NCBI GenBank assembly: GCA_951406725.2
Contig: OX597817.1
Coordinates: 18,786,001 to 18,850,000, forward strand
Length of the DNA stretch: 64,000 nt
DNA from: Octopus vulgaris
Taxonomy: Eukaryota
Reading direction: 5' to 3'
Shown in pieces: positions 13,119-26,246 of the stretch. The notes beneath the pieces were generated by a model. The model ran no database searches, was not told the origin of the DNA, and was given only the letters and a program-made list of their open reading frames with translations. The translations under genes and the position numbers were made by a program. Each line of letters begins with the position of its first letter. Position 1 is the first letter of the stretch.

Positions 13119-13125
<7 letters not shown>
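11034..13125. repeat. ~492-bp tandem array with internal inversion (~2.4 forward units 11034-12217, ~1.8 inverted units 12218-13125)
   Basis: Landmark tcaagccaatctt recurs at 11221, 11713 and 12205 (period 492). From 12218 the sequence is the reverse complement of the unit. Bounded by (TA)n at both ends. Confidence 0.97.
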
Positions 13126-13207
<82 letters not shown>

Positions 13208-13311
13208 GTATATATACACACGTATAAAATACACTTTCGTTGAAATAATGTTTCCCTAAAACTAAACATATCTAATATAAACGTGAATGTGTCACACTTT
13301 AATAAATCATT

Positions 13312-13500
13312 TCTTCTGGCAGTACAAGGCCTCAAATTTTGAGGAATGAGATTGAGTGGATTATATCGAAACTCCAGTACGTAACTGGTACTAATTTTAT
13401 CGACCACGAAGGATGAAAGGTAAAGTCGACCTCGGTGGAATTCGAACTCAAAACCTAACAGAAGACGAGAGACCGCTAAGCATTTCGCCCGGCGTGCTGA
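13312..13500 (-). mobile_element. SINE, family S1
   Basis: Reverse complement matches the S1 head (cacgccgggcgaaatgcttagcgg) and core (cctttcatccttcgtggtcgataaa). Confidence 0.8.
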
Positions 13501-13554
13501 CTATACTGATATAATATAATATAATATAATATAATATAATATAACATAATATAA

Positions 13555-14097
13555 TATGATATAATAAATGTGAATGTCAGTGCGTCACACTTTTTGAACT
13601 TTACTCCTATAGGCCGTTGCATAACATATACCATTTTAGAGTCAGGCTGATTTCGTGAGTAAATTAAAAACATTCCGGGCCGAATCTGGACCCACAATCC
13701 CGACAGTTTGGCTTCCCAAGTTTTCATTAATGTGATTGTTTTCGATGATATTTTTACGTGACATTTTGCGACAAACTTTTAGTACAATAACAATTTTTAT
13801 AATCTAAAGGCAAATCCGCGAGTAAATTAAAAACATTCCTGGCCGAATCCAAACCTGCAATCCTGAAATTTTGGATTTCTATGTTTTCATTACTGCGGTT
13901 TCTTTCGTCGATTTTTTTAATATGATTTTTCGCGACGAATATGATCGTGATTGGGGTATGACTCTGGAGGAAGTAATTGCAACGAATTCCCCAAAACAAG
14001 TCAGGGATCTGTTTGCAGATCTTCCCATTCAGGGTCAGTTTCTTAAAATCTATATATTAGCTCAAAAGCAGCCCGACAGGGCGGTTTTTAAGCTTGT
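13555..14097 (+). mobile_element. Helitron-derived element with RepHel remnant
   Basis: 3' hairpin aaaagcagccc-gaca-gggcggtttt followed by agCTTGt (decayed CTAG|T). Peptide EYDRDWGMTLEEVIATNSPKQVRDLFA resembles the RepHel linker motif D.EW...L.EA....P.QLR.LFA. Internal ~164-bp duplication (13654/13818). Confidence 0.65.
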
Positions 14098-14251
14098 ATA
14101 TATCTATATTTGACATCTAGTTATCAGCAAGAACACCGTTAGATAGCCCAACTAGCATTTTATAATACATCGGTAACCCCAATCATTTCTCATAGTGTCG
14201 CAACTAAACAACAATGATCACAAAGCAAGACCCTTAATTAGTGAAAACAAT

Positions 14252-14665
14252 AGGCGCAGGAATGGCTGTGTGGTAAGTAGCTTGCTAACCAACCACATGG
14301 TTCCGGGTTCAGTCCCACTGCGTGGCATCTTGGACAAGTGTCTTCTACTATAGCCCCGGGCCGACCAATGCCTTGTGAGTGGATTTGGTAGACGGAAACT
14401 GAAAGAAGCCCGTCGTATATATGTATATGTATATATATGTGTGTGTACGTGTTTGTGTGTTTGTGTTTGTCCCCCTAGCATTGCTAAGGGGACACCGATG
14501 TTGGTGTGTTTACGTCCCCGTCAATTAGCGGTTCGGCAAAAGAGACCGATAGAATAAGTACTGGGCTTACAAAGAATAAGTCCTGGGGTCGATTTGCTCG
14601 ACTAAAGGCGGTGCTCCAGCATGGCTGCAGTCAAATGACTGAAACAAGTAAAAGAGTAGAAGAGT
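14252..14665 (+). mobile_element. tRNA-derived SINE, family S2
   Basis: Head aggcgcagga.tggctgtgtggtaag (A box) ...ggttcagtccc (B box), internal (TA)/(TG) tract and gaaacaagtaaaaga tail. Homologous copies at 45799, 54222 and 55720. Confidence 0.9.
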
Positions 14666-16192
14666 AAAGGGGCATATTAGCACCGACATTTTATCAATGT
14701 GCATAAAGTATAAAACCATCCATCAATCCATAAAAATGGGAAGCTCCTTCACTGAAGATTGCATTTTCTTTTGTCAAGACACTTCTTTATCTAAACTGGA
14801 ACGCATTTCGAAAACATGTAATTAGAAGCTGACGTGACAATTTGACACTTTACAAAAATTCATGGGGATCGCCATCGTGGAACAAACGGAGTATTTGCCA
14901 TTTTTTAAAGATGCTTTCTTGTTGTATTCACGCGCACACACACATACACTGTCCACGCACAGAAACTCTTGCCCACACACTCTTGCGCACACACACTTCG
15001 CGCAAACACACTCACTTTGCTCATCTTTGTATGTGTTGTATGTGTGTGGGTGTAGGTGCGTGTTGATATGTGTGTCTGTGTGAGAGAGAGAGACGGTGTG
15101 TGTATGTGTTTCGTGTGCACTCAGTTGAGTTGTGGTCCATAAATGATCCAACTCCATTTGAGTCGTCTATTCGCCTATGAATCATCGTTAAGTCATGCCA
15201 CCCCTTCTGCACATACACAAAATCTGTGTTGGAAGAGTTGATGCAAGAGAAAAACAAGATCATTTCGGAAGAAAAAATAAGGTTAACGCTTGAGAGGAAG
15301 AGGAGGATGTTGGCTTAGTGTAATGTAGAGAAGAAAAATATTTTTTCAGTTATAACCAAAGTCGCTCCTTTATATATGTGAGATGCCTACTCTTTATAGG
15401 CTTCAGTTAAGGGTCCTTGAACGCTTCCGTCAGAGTTGTTTGAAATACATTCTGAACGTTGGCTCTTACAGAATTCTTGCGGGGAATCGACGTCACGATG
15501 AGCTTTGACGCTAAGGGGCAAAAGTACCGATTATGTTGGACCGGAAACCTTGATCGAATAAATGATTAAAGGATCTATAGACAAATGTTATACGGTTAAC
15601 TTGTTTGTGGAAAGTGCCCCATCGTATAAAGTTCTCGTTGAAGGCATATGAAGTCATGAAAGTCAATTGTAAAAGCAACGCTTGTCACCAATGGAGGAAA
15701 TGCGTAAAGGATGGGGAGGATATTTTTTAGAGAAATACGCTCTGCACCGAACCGTGAAGTTACTTCGACTTAAAAATACCACCATCGGTTGTTAACTGAA
15801 CGTGTAGGATAAATACAATCACAAAGACACACCCACGTACACGCATACTCACACACGCATATGTAAAGGGCTACCTTCAGTTTCTGTCTACCAAGTCGAT
15901 TCACATGGCTTCTGACGGCTGTAGGCTATGGCAGAAAAATCATACCTACGTAGGTCCCTCTCCGCAGCTAGTCAACATTTGATCCGCAGGGAGAGACTCA
16001 GCGTACAGTTGCTACACACCAGTCTATCTCTGAGGAAATTTCTGTCGAAGAAAAATACAACAGAGTGCAAAATTCAATAAAGAAATACCTTACGAAGGGT
16101 CAAATTCAGAATTTCAAAGTTTCCATCGGGGCGGTCCAACGCAACGGGAGCAATTTCATGAACAACTGGAAGGAACAACATGAAACAGACCG

Positions 16193-16206
16193 GTTGCTAT
16201 AGCAAC
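16193..16206. promoter_or_regulatory. Perfect palindromic RFX X-box-like motif GTTGCTATAGCAAC
   Basis: Exact 14-bp palindrome matching the RFX consensus GTTGCYATRGCAAC. Function not demonstrated. Confidence 0.3.
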
Positions 16207-16420
16207 ACCAGTCTGCACATGCCACCTCCCTCCATCACCTCCCCCAACATCTGAGCAATGACCTATTCCAAATGTCCTGAGGAAGGAGTCTTCACCCCGA
16301 AATATAGAAATACAAGGTAAAAGTGCAACTTGGTTCTGTTTCCTTTTCATTTTGTAGTTTACTTTGTACCTTCTCGCATTGTTCTGGTCTTACAAAACAA
16401 ACTCCTTTCAAGTTACACAC

Positions 16421-16462
<42 letters not shown>

Positions 16463-16528
16463 GTATATATGCATATACGTACACATACAAATATATACAT
16501 ACATATATCTGTGTGTGTGTGTGTATGT

Positions 16529-16559
<31 letters not shown>

Positions 16560-16562
16560 TTT

Positions 16563-16594
<32 letters not shown>

Positions 16595-16595
16595 A

Positions 16596-16654
<59 letters not shown>

Positions 16655-16840
16655 GTAGCTGAAATTTAGAGAAAAACAAAGGACGAAGACAATTGTATAA
16701 ACAAGAAGCAGGCGTATTAATTTGACGCTCGGGAAGGGGAGAAAGTACTTTGCATTTCGAGCCAAAGTTCTTCAACGGAAAGGAAAGACGATGAAATAAA
16801 GAGAGAATAAATTTAAAAAAAAATTGTGGATTTACCGGTC
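16655..16840 (-). mobile_element. Family A-related short repeat with degenerate hammerhead motif (~16745-16785)
   Basis: Minus strand reads CUUU-CCGUUGA-A-GAAC-UUUG-GCUC-GAAAU-GCA-AAG then ccgagcgtcaaattaatac. Homologous to 23790-23975 and lies between microsatellites. Confidence 0.55.
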
Positions 16841-16907
16841 TATATATATACATATATACATATAATAAATACACACACACACATACAAACACACACGCAC
16901 ACACATG

Positions 16908-16957
<50 letters not shown>

Positions 16958-17603
16958 TATCCAAATAATAAGAGAGAGTCCACCATGTGGTCACTCTAAC
17001 GCTAGATATAGATCCGCAAAGGGAATCCGCCACTAAAGAATTTCCAGGAATCGCCACTGATATCAATATAGATTGACACAATTTCATTTCAAACTTTCGG
17101 AACAGAAATATGGAACCACGTTGAACTTTAAATCAATCTTCTATTATTACTAATAGATTTTTATAGATTTTTTATCGCAACACGAGTATAAAACATGAAA
17201 TTACAATTCATTACAAAGTCTATAACTTTCAAAAATAGCGCAATTTTATGAAATATATTAAGAGAATTACATATAAACTGTGTAAAGAAAATGAATTATT
17301 TTGCTACTATTTATCGAATATTGTACTCTTCTGGTAGAGACGAATGTGACTGTTTATTGAAAGACTACGTAGTGATATAAAAAAACCCATTTATGATATA
17401 TACAGACATATGCACATGTATACACAAACACTTATATGCTTAAAAGCATCCATTATCTTATCTTTCCAAATTCTTTTCTTCGCCTAGTTAAAGAATTTTA
17501 ACATATTCATATCTAACACCAGGTTATCACATAGATGCATAGAAAAGTATAAATGCAAAATTTGTTGTAGGTGTGTGTGCATATTTATAATATATATATA
17601 TAC

Positions 17604-17645
<42 letters not shown>

Positions 17646-17688
17646 GTGTGTATGTATAGTATATATAATATACATGTATGTATTTATA

Positions 17689-17721
<33 letters not shown>

Positions 17722-17729
17722 ATATACAA

Positions 17730-17817
<88 letters not shown>

Positions 17818-17928
17818 TTGCACACGTATACATTTATAGATAAAGAAGTTCTTTCCTACATAAGTATGTATGTATGCGTGGGTATCTATACTCTATACAT
17901 GCATTCATACATTCACACACACATACGC

Positions 17929-17965
<37 letters not shown>

Positions 17966-17979
17966 CGTGTGTGTGTGCG

Positions 17980-18812
17980 GGTGTGTATGGTGAATATGGA
18001 TATGTCTGAATTACGCAAAAATAAAAATAAACTTCACGTCTCATTTTAACAGATATTTTCAGCAAAATTATATTAAAATATTTTGAAATACTAAAGAGTA
18101 CATTTAGTCAATAAAATCGCCATTCGCCTCAACCACGGCCTCCAGACGACCTCGGAATTTCCTGTAACTCGTCTGGACAGTCTCCTTGTTTAAGATGGAT
18201 AATGCTGCCATGATCCATGCCTTCTGTTCATATTTGGTGTTACAAGATTTCTTGGTTTCTCGGTCAACTGAGCCCCACACAAAACCGCTAAGGGATTGTA
18301 GTCTGGTGAGTAAGGTGGCCAGATGTTCGAGTGGTGTGGCCGCAGAAATTGTCTGACAGCCATGCCTGGGTTCTCATGTTTGTGTGGTATGGTGCAGAGT
18401 CCTGTTGGCAGACATAGGCTCGTCCAGCAGCCACCCTCTTGACCCAGAGTACTACTACCTCCTTCGGGCATTTGATGTAGTCCTCCGTGTTGAGTCTGAG
18501 ACCGTGTGCGAAGATGAATGAAGGCATAACGTCGCCATCACTAGTGATCACTCCAAAGACCATGATGTTGACTGGATGTTTGTTATCACTCTAGTTATAT
18601 GATGTCCTCAGACTGACACCGGAACACTCTGAAGTATTCGTATTGGAGCTTCCGGCACGGGTCGTTTACAAATTGCGTCATGGTGCTCTTTTTTCACAGA
18701 CGGTGCCCGCCTAAGCCTACTATACTGTGTAGTCGACAAAAAAAAAAAACAATCAATGTGCATGCACGAAAATAAATAGTATGAAGTGGCAACGATTTAC
18801 CTATTGCACCAA

Positions 18813-18815
<3 letters not shown>
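17980..18815 (-). mobile_element. maT/Tc1-mariner transposon remnant
   Basis: MVFGVITSDGDVMPSFIF, VCQQDSAPYHT and IWPPYSPDYNPL motifs split over frameshifted ORFs 18288-18563 and 18190-18471. Inserted in TA-rich repeats. Confidence 0.85.
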
Positions 18816-18902
<87 letters not shown>

Positions 18903-19388
18903 ATGTATATATAAATATGTGTGTGTGTATATATATGTATGTATGTATGTATATATTTATAGAATATTTATTTAGTCAAACAATTTGTTTCGGTAAAATT
19001 ATAAGAATCTAATTGCATTTGTTGACCACCTGTCGTTTAAAAACTTATGGCAATATGAAGATGTCTCATAACGTTGATATCTTCCATTTCTAAATACGAA
19101 TGATTATTTATTTGTTTCTATTTAGTTGTATATTTCAATTAAGTTTCAAAATGCAATTTAAGTTTATATTTATGTTAATTCCCTCCTCAAAACCGACGGG
19201 CTTTCGGGGGGAATCCTCTCAACTAATTCGGTATTGAGATATAAAGAGTGTGGTTGTGTACACTCTCAGGGTGCCATTTTGCTATGCTTCCCTCTGTGAA
19301 GCACTTATCTATACTTACATTGTTATTTTCTGTCTGAAAATATGAGTTAAGTTCAGAAGATAAAGAAAAATACAAATTATATACATAC

Positions 19389-19447
<59 letters not shown>

Positions 19448-19559
19448 TGTATATATTTATATATATATATATATATACATATATGTATGTATGTATGTAT
19501 GTATACATTCACATACATACGTTTGTGTTGTTGTGCATAATTTCTAAAATCACACAGAA

Positions 19560-22260
19560 ATACAAATGAACATAAAATTCAACATTGATTTCGATCATTT
19601 TAAGAAACGTTGACAGACCTAATCGAAAACATTTTAAAACGCAGCACAAAAAAAATCTGCTTTTCCATTGTAGAAGAAATATCTCCACCAATAGTTGCTT
19701 AAATGTAACTAGAAACTTGTTTGACAAACTTATTTACATATATTCATAAACACGGTAACAAAAGTTAGGTATAGAATAACAAATATACTTATAATTTTGT
19801 ATGTTGAGGAATCGATTCATAACAAGATTTTTTGCAAAAGAAACAAAAGCAAAAAGAACACACTACTGTGAGCGATTTCTATCAGCACCAAGTTACAGTT
19901 GAGATTTAAAGTGTTAAATTGTATCAAGATAAAACAAACAATAAAGGGAAATGAATACGAGTCTAAAATAGAAACAATAATATAGTTTTTCAGTTCAATC
20001 ACATGTAATGTAGCTCTCGGCAATCTACTAATCTGTATTGAATTCCATTCGTGTTATTCAGTGTATGAAATTTTAACTAGTACGTTGTGTGGTTATCACA
20101 TTCTTTGTTTTTCTCTCTCTCACTTCTTGAATACAAGTACTTTTCACCGAGTCTACTCCAAACATACTACGCAAACATAGCCAAACATAAGGTACATCAT
20201 AGAGAAGGTGGAATGGCTACATCTGAACACAGCCTCCTAATCCCGGAGTGTTGGAGTATAATTACTAAGGGGAACACCCCATGTGGGAACTACTATATGA
20301 AAACAGTGTATAATTCTGGGCTTCATAAACGTTCACTTTTAAATGCCGCGAACATTACAAAATACGATAGGTAAATGAACGTGGACAAAAGTTACAACTT
20401 TGTGACCGTAACAGTTACAAGGAAGATACAGGCCCTGATATATCAGTGCAAAATAACGATAACCCTTGGTCTCAAAACTTCTGACAAAATTTATCCTTAT
20501 GTTGGAAAGTACACGTGCATTAATAAACTTAATCAGAAGGAATTATGATAGTGCATTTAATTAGATGCATACAATCACATAACTTTGTCGTCTTGCCTAT
20601 CAAATCCACCTGGTGTTTGGTGACAGTAGAGGTGTCCAGATTTCCCGTCTGGAGATAATTCAAGAGTTAATTGCACTATGCTCTAACTTAGAAAATCATA
20701 ACTCACTGAAAACCTGCAAGAGGTAAAAAATCCTGCCTTTATTAGACTTCTCCTAAGTCTAATACAAATCCATCCTGAAAGAAGAAACATTCATGAATAA
20801 ATACGTAATAATGATACGAGATGTATAAAGCATTTTGACTCTAACTAAACACGCTGTTGACTATCTAAAATAATTATAATCTTCTTGCGACTGAGATATT
20901 TTGTATGTCTTCCTTAATAATACTGTTAATGTACATGCAGTGAAATTGTTCCAATTTATAATAACAGAGGCAGTAGACTAGATTTTCTTTTTATTCAAAA
21001 TATCAATTGCGACTGATCTTCAAGTCATCTCAAAAATCTTTGCACTTAACAGAACTATAGACTTCTGACGATACTTGATTTGTTCTGACTCACACATACG
21101 ATAATAACAAAAATGTGGTGGCAGGTTATGAGAATCCTCTCTAAGTTTAATAACTGTTCCAATTAATTAGTATATAATTAATTGGAACATAATTTCTACC
21201 CATACTTTTTGGCATTATTACTATTCTTAGACAATTATTATCATGAAATCTCTTTACCTTTACACAAATTAACTCTCTAAAGTAACTTTATTTACATAAC
21301 ACAGAACTATCCAGTTTGATCTCACGAGATGCCAATCAATGTATATCTCCATTAGCATTATATCCTAAGCGATTATGAAACAGCCCCCCACCCATTGTGT
21401 TATTTTAACCCCAGTAATATATTGCCAAAAACTAATTATATTCTCTTTAGTAAACTATACTGGAAAGATCATGTTTTTTTTCCGTTTCCAATACCATACA
21501 TATGTGAAGATTAAATACATTTTTTGATGATCAGAAATATTATCTTTGCATCTATTTTCTCTATGCGCTTACGGTGGATGATAGAGTTATCTGATGTATT
21601 AATTTTTAATTGATAAAAAGCGATCGGGGTATTATGGAGCAAATATAAGATTTTATGTGAAACCTAACGGGAAAGTCCTAAGTAATCGATCATATGGTCG
21701 CCGAACAAAATATTTGGTTGATATTTGCAGAGAAATATTTGCTTTTATTGATACATATCATGACTTTCAAACAGAATTTGTACTGTGTTTTCTTTATGTG
21801 TGATTTGTTTATTCAGTTGACCATTTGATGGATGTGTAATATACAATTCAAATCTAATTCAGTACTAATTTATGTAATTGACACCGTTATTCTCCAATTT
21901 GCTGGTGACTTTTGATTTAGGAAGTTATTTAACTGGATTTATATCTCTTGGTGTTAGACTGTTTTGGAAAGTGATTGTTTTGGTATATTTCATTACATAC
22001 TGTCGAGCAATATTTACTTTGATACATAGAGAATATTTACTTATGTCCTCACATGCTGTCATACATTGTTGCTATATAAATGTCACTATTAACATAGCAC
22101 AAAACGTTATTTCCTCTTTATTCTCTATATCCTTGGTGTAATTTATGTTCTGTTTTCATTATAGTATTTTCAAAGAATTACAATCTGATCTCACGAAAAT
22201 AGTATTCATTGAGCTCGACTAACTTCCATCCAAGTTATCATATTAACACACATTATTTAT
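19560..22260 (+). pseudogene. Decayed intronless Toll-like receptor-like pseudogene (LRRs, TM, TIR)
   Basis: LRR-like pieces: LDFS*..KSILKEETFMN (~20742-20797), LLFLDN (~21218), TFTQINSLK*LYLHNTELSSL (21256-21318). LRRCT-like KGNTPCGNYYM (~20267-20299). Hydrophobic IIFASIFSMRLRWMIE (~21538). TIR-like (G)DFDLGSYLTGFISLGVRLFWKVIVLV (~21904-21985). Many stops and frameshifts. Confidence 0.5.
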
Positions 22261-22281
22261 TTGTAGCCTCCTATTGGATCA

Positions 22282-22664
22282 GGAGGCGCAATGGCCCAGT
22301 GGTTAGGGCAGCGGACTCGCGGTCGTAGGATCGCGGTTTCGATTCCCAGACCGGGCGTTGTGAGTGTTTATTGAGCGAAAACACCTAAAAGCTCCACGAG
22401 GCTCCTGCAGGGGGTGGTGGTGAACCCTGCTGTACTCTTTCACCACAACTTTCTCTCACTCTTTCTTCCTGTTTCTGTTGTACCTGTATTTCAAAGGGCC
22501 GGCCTTGTCACTCTCTGTGTCACGCTGAATATCCCCGAGAACTACGTTAAGGGTACACGTGTCTGTGGAGTGCTCAGCTACTTACACGTTAATTTCACGA
22601 GCAGGCTGTTCCGTTGATCGGATCAACCGGAACCCACGTCGTCGTAACCGACGGAGTGGTTCCA
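22282..22664 (+). mobile_element. tRNA(Arg)-like SINE, family S3 (OR1/OR2-like), full length
   Basis: Head ggaggcgcaatggcccagtggttagggcagcggactcgcg...ggtttcgattccc. 12-bp TSD cctattggatca at 22270-22281 and 22665-22676. Confidence 0.95.
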
Positions 22665-23358
22665 CCTATTGGATCAAACTAAGTCATTACAAAGTATTGA
22701 ATATGAATAGATATTTAATTTATGATCACAAATTAGTAAATTACTTATTTTCTAGTTTTCATAATATTCTATTTTGAGAAAATTATTTGGAACATTCAAA
22801 CACTATCCTAAGGCTCAAGAAAATTCAATGTAAAAATAAATCTTCTAATGTAACTCTCCCTAATGTTTTCGCATGAAAAGCAATTATGTGAAGCTGGCGC
22901 AATTTATAGGTTAAAATGCAAGCTACATGCATTTCATCCGAATCAGAAACATCAAAACTCATGAAATTATAATCGCTAAGTTCAAAATGTAAGCCTGATG
23001 AAACAAAAAGCATTGGTTTTATACAGTTTTAATTAACACGCGACAGCCATCAAGGAAAAAGGGAAAAAAGATCTATGTACAATAGAATACATAAAAACAA
23101 ACACTAAATATTTTATAGATATATAATAGAAAAAGCCTCACTATATCAGTAAATACGCCGCAATCCAAGGAAATGGTTCATTGACTGCAGTCCTCAAAAA
23201 GAAAAGTAAATACTAATTGAAAAATTTTAAAGTATTTTCATTTCCTCAAGGCAATATATTGACATAAGTACGACAAATGAGTTGTTAAAAACAACAAAAC
23301 TGCAGAGGGAAGATGCAACCATCAACTGCCTTGATGCATAAACTTAAGATGCAATATC

Positions 23359-23434
<76 letters not shown>

Positions 23435-23789
23435 CTCTATCTATCTATCTATATATATATATATATATATATATCTACGTCATTACTTTACCGCTTTCTC
23501 TCCTCTTTCCCTTTACTTCCTTTCCTTTCTTTCCTTTTTCAAGCATGCTCGATTACAAATCTTTCCTCCACCTTCACCACCGCCTAAAGAAATAATTTCC
23601 ACACATTACAGACGCACACACACTTACACACGCACAACCATACGTCAATGTAAGAAACCCCTATCCACACACACACACACTCACATACGCACACACACAC
23701 ACACACCTTCCTTTTGGGGTCACTAGTACTTTATTATCTCCCTTTATTTCTAGCTCTCCTGTCAAACTATTTTCCCAACCAGTCACCGT

Positions 23790-23969
23790 CATTGATCGCT
23801 AAATCCATATTTTTTTTAAAAATTCTCTCTCTGTTTATTTCCTCATATTCCTTTCTGTTGAAGTGCGTAGTCTCAAAACGTAAAAGACTTTCTCATTTTC
23901 CCGAGCGTCAAACTAATACACCTACTTGTACATACATCTGTCTTCGTGTTTTGTCTTTCTGTAAATTTC

Positions 23970-23975
<6 letters not shown>
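23790..23975 (+). mobile_element. Family A-related short repeat with degenerate hammerhead motif (23851-23886)
   Basis: CUUU-CUGUUGA-A-GUGC-GUAG-UCUC-AAAAC-GUA-AAAG followed by ccgagcgtcaaactaatac. Ends directly in (TA)n. Confidence 0.55.
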
Positions 23976-24047
<72 letters not shown>

Positions 24048-24482
24048 GAAAGAATGGAGTTGAACGACGATTTAACAAAAGCATGTAGCTTCAACCGTGT
24101 TTTTCTGACGTGAATTTGCTACCCAGGTATCGGTTAACCGAATTATCCATACTAAGATAATTCATTCAACTACTTATATATATATATATATTTGAGTCTA
24201 ACTGGAAACACTAGGGTCTGATAAGTTACGATACTTTTCTTGAAAACACGAGTAAATGTTTCAGAGATATGACTTGTGTAATATATTAAAGATTGCCTGA
24301 AAATGGTACGCTCCCACAACGTTGAATGCAGACTCTGCAAAGGAAGGAAGTAGAGTTGATGCAAAATTACCGATTTCTCTGACTTCATATATATACAAAC
24401 TTAGGGAGTGATGATTGGATAAAAATTTAACAAGTTCGAAAACAGAAAAAAATGAAGCAGAAGCAAACGCGAAATATCCATT

Positions 24483-24580
24483 CAGGGTCGATAAATTAAG
24501 TACCAGTTGTGTACTGAGATCGATCTAATCGACTAGCCGCCTCCCCAGAAATTTAGGGCCTTGTGCCTTGAGTAGAAAAG
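24483..24580 (+). mobile_element. SINE S1, 5'-truncated
   Basis: gggtcgataaattaagtaccagtt...ggccttgtgcct..agtagaaaag matches 34316-34412. Confidence 0.8.
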
Positions 24581-26246
24581 AAAATTATGTAATGTAAATA
24601 AGTTTCGAATAAGTACGGAAAGAGAACAAAATTTCGTTTTAATAATCAGTCAGTCTTTGAATTTATGTATAAACTTAGAGTAAGCGTTAATTTCTTTATC
24701 AAAACGTTAATGACATTCGATATCAGAAAGTTTGAGTAGTTATTGTATCTATAGCAACAAAACTTGACCGTGAGCACCTAGTAGAATATTTTTAACTCCA
24801 GTTAACATTTGGTATGCAAAAGCAGGTGCCAGTGGACATCATTATATGTAATACTTCACATCATTACAATGATACCTGATACAATTACTGTTTATTTTGG
24901 CTAATACGGAACCCTTTATAGCTGAATCTATAGTTAGAAGTATGTGTATGGTGTATTTATCGTGAAAACAGCAGTATATCAAAATGCATTCGATGAGAGA
25001 ATAGTGATCAAAAACCAAATAGAATGGCTAATTAAGTGATATATTTGGGGATTCTAATCTGATGGATTGATACCTGTGAACCTGTAAAAAAGGAAATTCA
25101 ATATCAAAATCTACTGCTGTTGTAATTGAGTACGCAATGACCTTGTTATCAAACTGTGGAACATTTTAACTACATGTCGCAGTGAGTCAGAATAATAAGC
25201 CTATAACAATAACCCAAGCTGACAACTGTGTTATTATTTTTGCTTTAAAGCTGTCCTTATTTTTGTTGATGTTGCTGTTGTTATTTCGTCCAAGTACAGC
25301 TCTAATTCGGCAGAACTATTGTCGAAGTTGTTCCAGCTGGGATCATGCTACCTTATTTTTAAAAGGAATACAACCAGGATTACATTATCAAATGTGCCTT
25401 TTGTCAAGATGGTTATAGCATGAATTGAGAAAGATTTGGTTACAGGTTGCAAGACCGCGTGTATTTTGCATCGTTGGTCCGTTGTCTATTATGCCATTCG
25501 GATAGATACCGTCAAATTACTAGCCGACATTTCATAATTCCATTGAATCAATCATTCTTTAATCTATAATTACATAACTTCAAAGATTATATCAAGATAT
25601 AATATCAAATTTTGGCATAAATGCCAACACAAATTATTGTAACATGATTTGTATTTAGTGTTATATTACATCAACACATAATAACAAATATCATTTAAAA
25701 TCTATAAATGGAATCAAACTCTATCAGTGAGAAAAATTATCATATAAGTCGGTTCGATCTATGAAAGAGTCAGCAACAAATTTATACAAGTTAAATTGTA
25801 CGTATATCATAACATTTTCTAAATAATTTAAAGTTAGTATAAGATGATTTAAATTGATAATAAGATTGTGAATCTATTCCAGAAGATATATAATTCAAAG
25901 TTTATACATAGTATACACATGATTTTATCAAGGTTGTTAGCAATATATAATTGAAGTGACATGTGTGGCACTAACGGTCAGATCGGATTCATTACAAAGG
26001 TTAAAAAGGAACGGGCACTTACCTACAGTGATTCCCCGTCGAATTTTAACTATAAACTAATTCGAGCAAGCAATAAATAGATTTATATAGGATGTAAAAT
26101 AAAAATTAATCTATGAAAAGAGTAGAAGTTAAACTGAATACCATATTTGGGGTTGACTATTAGGAGTGTGAAATTATAGATAAAATACGAACAAAGTTAA
26201 ATTAAATAGCAGAATGTATATTGGACACGGAAATACATGTGACATT

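Noticed and set aside
15225-15800. Coiled-coil-like peptide (LEELMQEKNKIISEEKIRL) suggesting a processed pseudogene
   Set aside because: Short, interrupted by stops, and no family recognised.
22282-22355. tRNA-like sequences with A and B boxes (also 26247, 51221, 62037, 14252)
   Set aside because: They are SINE heads followed by a shared body and flanked by TSDs, not stand-alone tRNA genes.
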